Positions 59,648 to 64,000 of a stretch of DNA of 64,000 nucleotides are shown here, one piece after another. The DNA comes from an uncultured Eubacteriales bacterium (lineage in GTDB: Bacteria > Acidobacteriota > Aminicenantia > Aminicenantales > Aminicenantaceae): assembly GCA_964429695.1 (NCBI GenBank), contig CAYSCS010000068.1, positions 15,352-79,351 on the forward strand, given 5' to 3'. Every line of letters begins with the position of its first letter. Within the stretch, counting starts at the first letter, position 1. The position numbers and the translations under genes are program-made. A model generated the notes under the pieces. That model made no database searches and had not been told where the DNA came from. It was given only the letters and a program-made list of their open reading frames with translations.

Positions 59648-60485
59648 CCAGTAAAATCGAAGCAAGATAAAAAAGCTCTTCAGAGCTGATTTCTGCCATT
59701 TGAAGAGCCTGATTTGCCTTTCTGACAAAATTCGATAACTTTTCCCTTGCTACTTCAAGCCCAAAAAGAAGCACAGAGTTTGGCCTTGCAAGCGAGGCGT
59801 GCTTCTCATCTGAGAGAGAATCAAGGATGTCGTCTCTTATCTGAAAGGCAAGCCCCAAGTTTCTTCCATATTCGAGAATACCCTCCATCTGAAGGGGGGT
59901 AGCCTCGCCGAGGAGCGCACCAACTTTCACAGAAGCAATAATTAGAGAGGCTGTTTTTTTGAGAACGAGAGAAAGATATTCATCCTCCGTCATCTTGGGA
60001 GAAGAAATGATATCCATCAATTGTCCCTCAATCATTCCCTTGACTCCGGCAAGACGGCTTATTTCTTCAATGAGCTTATTTTTTTGCCGCAGGAGGCGCT
60101 CTTCCACAGGTGCTTCGGCAAGAGTCTCAAAAGCAAGAGTCAGAAGCCCATCTCCTGCGAGTAATGCCACCTCTTCACCATAAGTCTTATGGCATGAGGG
60201 CTTCCCTCGACGAAAATCATCGTTATCCATGCAGGGTAAGTCGTCATGAATCAGGGAATAGTTGTGGATCAACTCCAGAGCACAGGCAAAAGGAAGAAGA
60301 ATTTCCTCAGAAACTTTGAAAAATTCACCTGAAGAAAGAACAAGCAGAGGTCGAAAACGTTTCCCCCCACCAAGAACCGCATAGCGCATCGCCTGAAAAA
60401 GCAGAGAATCGCTTTGAGAAAGGATGCGCCCCAGCTCTTTCTCCACGGCTTCCTTCTTCTTCTTCAGTCTTTCCTTTATCGTCAT
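59625..60485 (-). CDS. ispA: polyprenyl (farnesyl/geranylgeranyl) diphosphate synthase
   Basis: First DDxxxxD (LIHDDLPCMDNDDFRRGKP) and second DDxxD (FQIRDDILD). Confidence 0.85.
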   Translation of the reverse strand: MTIKERLKKKKEAVEKELGRILSQSDSLLFQAMRYAVLGGGKRFRPLLVLSSGEFFKVSEEILLPFACALELIHNYSLIHDDLPCMDNDDFRRGKPSCHKTYGEEVALLAGDGLLTLAFETLAEAPVEERLLRQKNKLIEEISRLAGVKGMIEGQLMDIISSPKMTEDEYLSLVLKKTASLIIASVKVGALLGEATPLQMEGILEYGRNLGLAFQIRDDILDSLSDEKHASLARPNSVLLFGLEVAREKLSNFVRKANQALQMAEISSEELFYLASILLDGNGGKE

Positions 60486-60491
60486 TTCCCA

Positions 60492-60782
60492 TCAAAAAAG
60501 GGAGCCATCTTCCCCCTCTCCTTTTTCCTCTTCTCTTTCGGAAGAAGAAAAATCCTCCCTCTCGAGGACAAAGGGCTGAGCCTCGACTTTTCCTTTCTCA
60601 TTCTTGAGCAGAATTTCTACCTTCTTCTCTGCCTTCTCCAGCTCTTCCCTCAAAAACCTGGCCAGTTTCACGCCTTTTTCAAAGAGCTTCAATGATTCGT
60701 TGAGGGATAATCCACCCCCTTCAAGTTTCTCTACAATTGCTTCTAACTCTTCCATTGCCTTTTCGAAGCTAGGTTCATTCAT
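60492..60782 (-). CDS. xseB: exodeoxyribonuclease VII small subunit
   Basis: FEKAMEELEAIVEKLEGGGLSLNESLKLFEKGVKLARF, with an acidic C-terminal tail. Confidence 0.85.
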   Translation of the reverse strand: MNEPSFEKAMEELEAIVEKLEGGGLSLNESLKLFEKGVKLARFLREELEKAEKKVEILLKNEKGKVEAQPFVLEREDFSSSEREEEKGEGEDGSLF

Positions 60783-62113
60783 CTTTTCTCCTTTGTGAGG
60801 CGAGATTGGATTTCCCTTACTCTGTCAACTTCTTTCACAAAACAGATAAATTCTCCTTTGAAAAAGGAAACTGTGACCTCATCCTCTTTATTAACCTCTT
60901 CGATTTTTCGAATGAGACGCTCGCCTCCATTAGTCCAGCAGATTGTATATCCTTTTTTTAATATATTCAGAGGACTCAGGTTGTGCAACCCCGCAGAAAG
61001 CCTCTCCCAGTGTGCGCTAAAATGCTGGATCTCCTTTTTAATAACACTTTGCATCTTTTCCTGGATTAGGGTTAATTTTGCCCTTGCTTCAGTGATTAGC
61101 TGTCGCGTACCGTGAAAGCTTTCCCACACCTTTTGCTCAAGTTCATCAATCTTCTGCTCGAGGTTAAGTAGCTTTACCTTGAAATTGGGGAATGCCCGAT
61201 GTTGAAGGAGACTGAGAACCTTGTTTCTTCTTTCCTCGAAGAGATATCTGTAGGCCTGGATTATTCTCTTCTCCATACTTTCGATGCGCTCTAAAAAAGC
61301 CTCTTCCTTCTCGATAACCATTTCCGCAGCGGCAGAAGGGGTCGAAGCGCGGAGATCGGCTACAAAATCGGCAATGGTGAAGTCTATCTCATGTCCAACC
61401 GCGGAAATGATGGGAATGGGACAGCGGAAAATTGCTCTGGCAACTTTCTCTTCATTGAAAGCCCACAAGTCTTCGATCGAGCCTCCACCTCTACCCACGA
61501 TGATTGCATCTAAATCAGGAATCTTACCCAGATATTCAATTCCTTCCACAATTTCCTCTGCAGCTCCCTCCCCTTGAACCTTCACTGGATAGAGGAGAAG
61601 ATGGAGCCGGGCGAAACGCCTCTCCAGGGTTCGGATGATATCCACGATGGCAGCTCCCCTCGGTGAAGTGACAACCCCCACTTTTTTGGGAAAAAGAGGA
61701 AGCCTCTTTTTGTGCTGGGGGTCAAAAAGCCCTTCTTTCTTTAGTTTTTCCTTGAGCTGCTCGAAGGCAAGCTGAAGGGCTCCTTTTCCCTTGGGCTCAA
61801 CCACTTCTGCTATGAGCTGGAGCTCTCCCCTAGATTCATAGACATTTATCCTTCCCTTACAGATTACCTTGAGCCCGTCCTTGATTTCAAAGGGAATAAG
61901 CCTTGCTTCAGAGCGAAAGATTACCACCCTCAACTGACAGGACTCATCCTTCAGAGTGAAATAAAGATGCCCGGATGGGTAACGACGGAAATTGGATATC
62001 TCCCCTTCGACCCAGACAAAGGGAAAAGCACTCTCCAGCTCAAGCCTAACCAGCCTTATGATTTCGGAGACGGTATAGATTCTATCAGGCTTCGTCAGAT
62101 AATCTTGCTCCAT
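60779..62113 (-). CDS. xseA: exodeoxyribonuclease VII large subunit
   Basis: OB-fold N-terminus (VWVEGEISNFRRYPSGHLYFTLKD), catalytic core (GRGGGSIEDLWAFN) and a coiled-coil C-terminus. ATG 62113 preferred. Confidence 0.9.
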   Translation of the reverse strand: MEQDYLTKPDRIYTVSEIIRLVRLELESAFPFVWVEGEISNFRRYPSGHLYFTLKDESCQLRVVIFRSEARLIPFEIKDGLKVICKGRINVYESRGELQLIAEVVEPKGKGALQLAFEQLKEKLKKEGLFDPQHKKRLPLFPKKVGVVTSPRGAAIVDIIRTLERRFARLHLLLYPVKVQGEGAAEEIVEGIEYLGKIPDLDAIIVGRGGGSIEDLWAFNEEKVARAIFRCPIPIISAVGHEIDFTIADFVADLRASTPSAAAEMVIEKEEAFLERIESMEKRIIQAYRYLFEERRNKVLSLLQHRAFPNFKVKLLNLEQKIDELEQKVWESFHGTRQLITEARAKLTLIQEKMQSVIKKEIQHFSAHWERLSAGLHNLSPLNILKKGYTICWTNGGERLIRKIEEVNKEDEVTVSFFKGEFICFVKEVDRVREIQSRLTKEKR

Positions 62114-62906
62114 TCTCTTCCTCAATGATTGTCTCTCTGTGGATGGAAATGCCTTTGCCGGTTGAGGCATTGATTTCTATCAGCACAGAGGAAAAAATCG
62201 TTCTCCCCCTCCCAGGCTCGAAGCGCTGGGGCATAGAGGTCAGGAAACGTCTGATCGCCTGCTCAGGGCGAATCCCGATGACCGAATCATAACCACCTAT
62301 CATCCCCACATCGCTGATGTATGCGGTTCCCTGGGGAAGAATCCTCTCATCTGCCGTAGGCACATGAGTATGAGTGCCGATGACGGCTGATACTCTGCCA
62401 TCCAGATAAAAACCCAAGGCTTGCTTTTCAGAAGTAGCTTCAGCGTGAAAATCGACAATGATTATGGGGGTAATTTCTCTCAGTTTTCTGACTTCATCCT
62501 CGGCTACCCTAAATGGACAGTCAATCGGCTCCATGAAAACTCGTCCCTGGAGGTTAATAATTCCCACCTTGATTCCATCTTTCTCCCCGAACACGTACGT
62601 TCCCCTGCCCGGAGTTAAGGGGGGATAGTTTGCTGGGCGCAAGAGCCTCGGCTCTTTCAGCAGAAAGCCACATACTTCCTTTTTGTCCCAGATATGATTT
62701 CCCGAAGTCAGGACATCGACATGAGAGAGGAGTTCATTCGCAATTTCCTCTGTTATTCCGATGCCTCCTGCAGCATTCTCACCATTAGCGACGAGCAAAA
62801 AAGGTGAATATTTATCTTTGAGCAGAGGAAGATATTTTTTCAAAGCCGTGCGACCTGGACGTCCAACAATGTCCCCAAGGAAAAGACAGCTTATTTTATC
62901 GAGCAT
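62085..62906 (-). CDS. ymdB: YmdB-family metallophosphoesterase (TIGR00282-like)
   Basis: [19 protein letters not shown] and [10 protein letters not shown] motifs. Directly downstream of rny, as in Bacillus. Confidence 0.85.
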   Translation of the reverse strand: MLDKISCLFLGDIVGRPGRTALKKYLPLLKDKYSPFLLVANGENAAGGIGITEEIANELLSHVDVLTSGNHIWDKKEVCGFLLKEPRLLRPANYPPLTPGRGTYVFGEKDGIKVGIINLQGRVFMEPIDCPFRVAEDEVRKLREITPIIIVDFHAEATSEKQALGFYLDGRVSAVIGTHTHVPTADERILPQGTAYISDVGMIGGYDSVIGIRPEQAIRRFLTSMPQRFEPGRGRTIFSSVLIEINASTGKGISIHRETIIEEENGARLSDEA

Positions 62907-64000
62907 ATTCCACTGCTCTCATTTCTCGAATGACAGTCACCTTAATCTGACCTGGATACTCAAGTTCCTGTTTTATCTTCTGGGCTATCTCTTTAGCAGC
63001 GAGGATCGCCTTTTCATCCGAAATTCTCTGACTCTCGACGATTATTCTAATTTCTCTTCCTGCCTGGAGAGCAAAGGCCTTAGCCACACCATCATACGAT
63101 TTGGCGATCTCCTCCAGCTTTTCCAACCTCTTGATGTAGGCCTCCAGAAGTTCACGCCGAGCACCAGGGCGTGCTGCGGAGAGGGTGTCGGCTGCCTGAA
63201 CAAGGACTGCCTCAATGCTAGGAAAATCGACGTCCCGATGATGGGAAGCAATCGCCTGCACTACCGCCTCTGATTCTCCGTACTTTTTGGCAAGCTCTAC
63301 GCTTAACTCGGTATGCGTTCCCTCAACCTCTCTATCAACTGCTTTCCCGATGTCATGAAGCAACCCTGCCCTCAAACCTACCGTGGCATTTGCACCAATT
63401 TCCTTAGCCATAAGAGCCGCAAGATAGGCCACTTCTTTGGAATGCTGAAGAACATTCTGGCCATAACTCGTGCGGTACTTAAGCTTACCAAGAAGCTTTA
63501 CAAGCTCAGGATGCATGTCCTGAATCCTGAATTCGAGAACCACCGATTCTCCTTCTTGTTTTATTTCCTGCTCTAGCTCTCCCTTGACTTTCTCTACTAC
63601 TTCTTCAATACGAGCAGGATGGATGCGACCATCAACTACGAGTTTCTCGATGGCGAGTCGAGCCAACTCTCTACGGATTGGATCAAAACTCGAAAGGATG
63701 ACTGCTTCTGGGGTGTCGTCCACGATGATGTCCACTCCTGTAGCCAGTTCAAGTGCCCTGATATTGCGTCCTTCTCTTCCGATTATCCTTCCTTTCATGT
63801 CGTCAGAAGGAAGGTCAACCACAGAAACCGTTGTCTCCACCACATGCTCTGCAGCTGAACGCTGGATTGCCTGACTGATGATTTCACGGGCGATAATCTG
63901 ACTTCTTTCTCGAGTTTCTTCCTCTATTTTCTTCAGGGTCTGAACGGCCTCGAGTTTTGCCTCATCCTCTATTTTTTTTGCCAGCTCCCTCTTTGCCTCC
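62896..64000 (-). CDS. rny: ribonuclease Y, C-terminal ~368 codons (5' end outside window)
   Basis: KH domain ([22 protein letters not shown]) and HD domain ([13 protein letters not shown]...LLHDIGK). The frame stays open upstream of the track's GTG at 63843 to the window edge (...[20 protein letters not shown]). Confidence 0.9.
   Translation of the reverse strand, partial: EAKRELAKKIEDEAKLEAVQTLKKIEEETRERSQIIAREIISQAIQRSAAEHVVETTVSVVDLPSDDMKGRIIGREGRNIRALELATGVDIIVDDTPEAVILSSFDPIRRELARLAIEKLVVDGRIHPARIEEVVEKVKGELEQEIKQEGESVVLEFRIQDMHPELVKLLGKLKYRTSYGQNVLQHSKEVAYLAALMAKEIGANATVGLRAGLLHDIGKAVDREVEGTHTELSVELAKKYGESEAVVQAIASHHRDVDFPSIEAVLVQAADTLSAARPGARRELLEAYIKRLEKLEEIAKSYDGVAKAFALQAGREIRIIVESQRISDEKAILAAKEIAQKIKQELEYPGQIKVTVIREMRAVEYAR

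Noticed and set aside
1-64000. CRISPR arrays, IS elements or transposases, integrases, prophage genes, toxin-antitoxin pairs, known defence systems, and tRNA/rRNA/tmRNA genes.
   Set aside because: I saw no direct-repeat/spacer periodicity, no transposase or integrase motifs in any frame of the ORF track, and no T-arm-like GGTTCGAATCC consensus outside a coding context. Every ORF longer than ~120 aa is accounted for by the annotations above.

Overview
This 64-kb window is a low-GC, Lys/Glu-rich chromosome fragment from a diderm (Gram-negative-type) bacterium, probably an uncultivated lineage. Gene order mixes Geobacter/Acidobacteria-like and Firmicute-like operons, and taxonomy cannot be assigned from sequence alone. 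I saw no rRNA, tRNA, CRISPR, IS element or prophage.

Layout:
- (i) 1-8.6 kb: lptA'-lptB-rpoN-hpf-ptsN-hprK-rapZ-EIIA(Man)-ptsH-ptsI, a permease-less regulatory PTS, with a convergent rsmA.
- (ii) 8.9-39.6 kb: an accessory island of about 30 kb, described below.
- (iii) 39.7-44.9 kb: tolQ-tolR-tolA-like-tolB-pal-cpoB, with ssb appended.
- (iv) 45.3-55.8 kb: ktrBA; a MrfA/YprA-like helicase divergent from a UvrA that lacks the insertion domain; holB; ricT; an ECF sigma/anti-sigma pair; and a winged-helix regulator remnant.
- (v) 56-64 kb: nadK-tlyA-dxs-ispA-xseB-xseA-ymdB-rny' on the minus strand.

The accessory island encodes almost exclusively envelope-facing proteins:
- two secreted beta-propeller/BACON/FN3 paralogues
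- two GT-C-fold membrane glycosyltransferase-like proteins
- a Dpm1-like GT2
- three sulfatase-fold proteins with Thr in place of the formylglycine Cys/Ser
- a TolB-like propeller, a Tat-signal amidohydrolase and an AMIN-beta-barrel OMP
- tailoring enzymes: a B12-radical SAM, a SPASM/twitch radical SAM, an acyltransferase, a GMC flavoenzyme plus SDR, and a carbamoyltransferase with SxtJ/SxtK-like partners

The best candidate for an undescribed system is this island. It has no Wzx/Wzy, exporter or initiating transferase. It looks like a periplasm-side decoration system for a glycan or protein rather than a classical polysaccharide locus.

All functional calls rest on motif recognition by eye. 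No database search was run.
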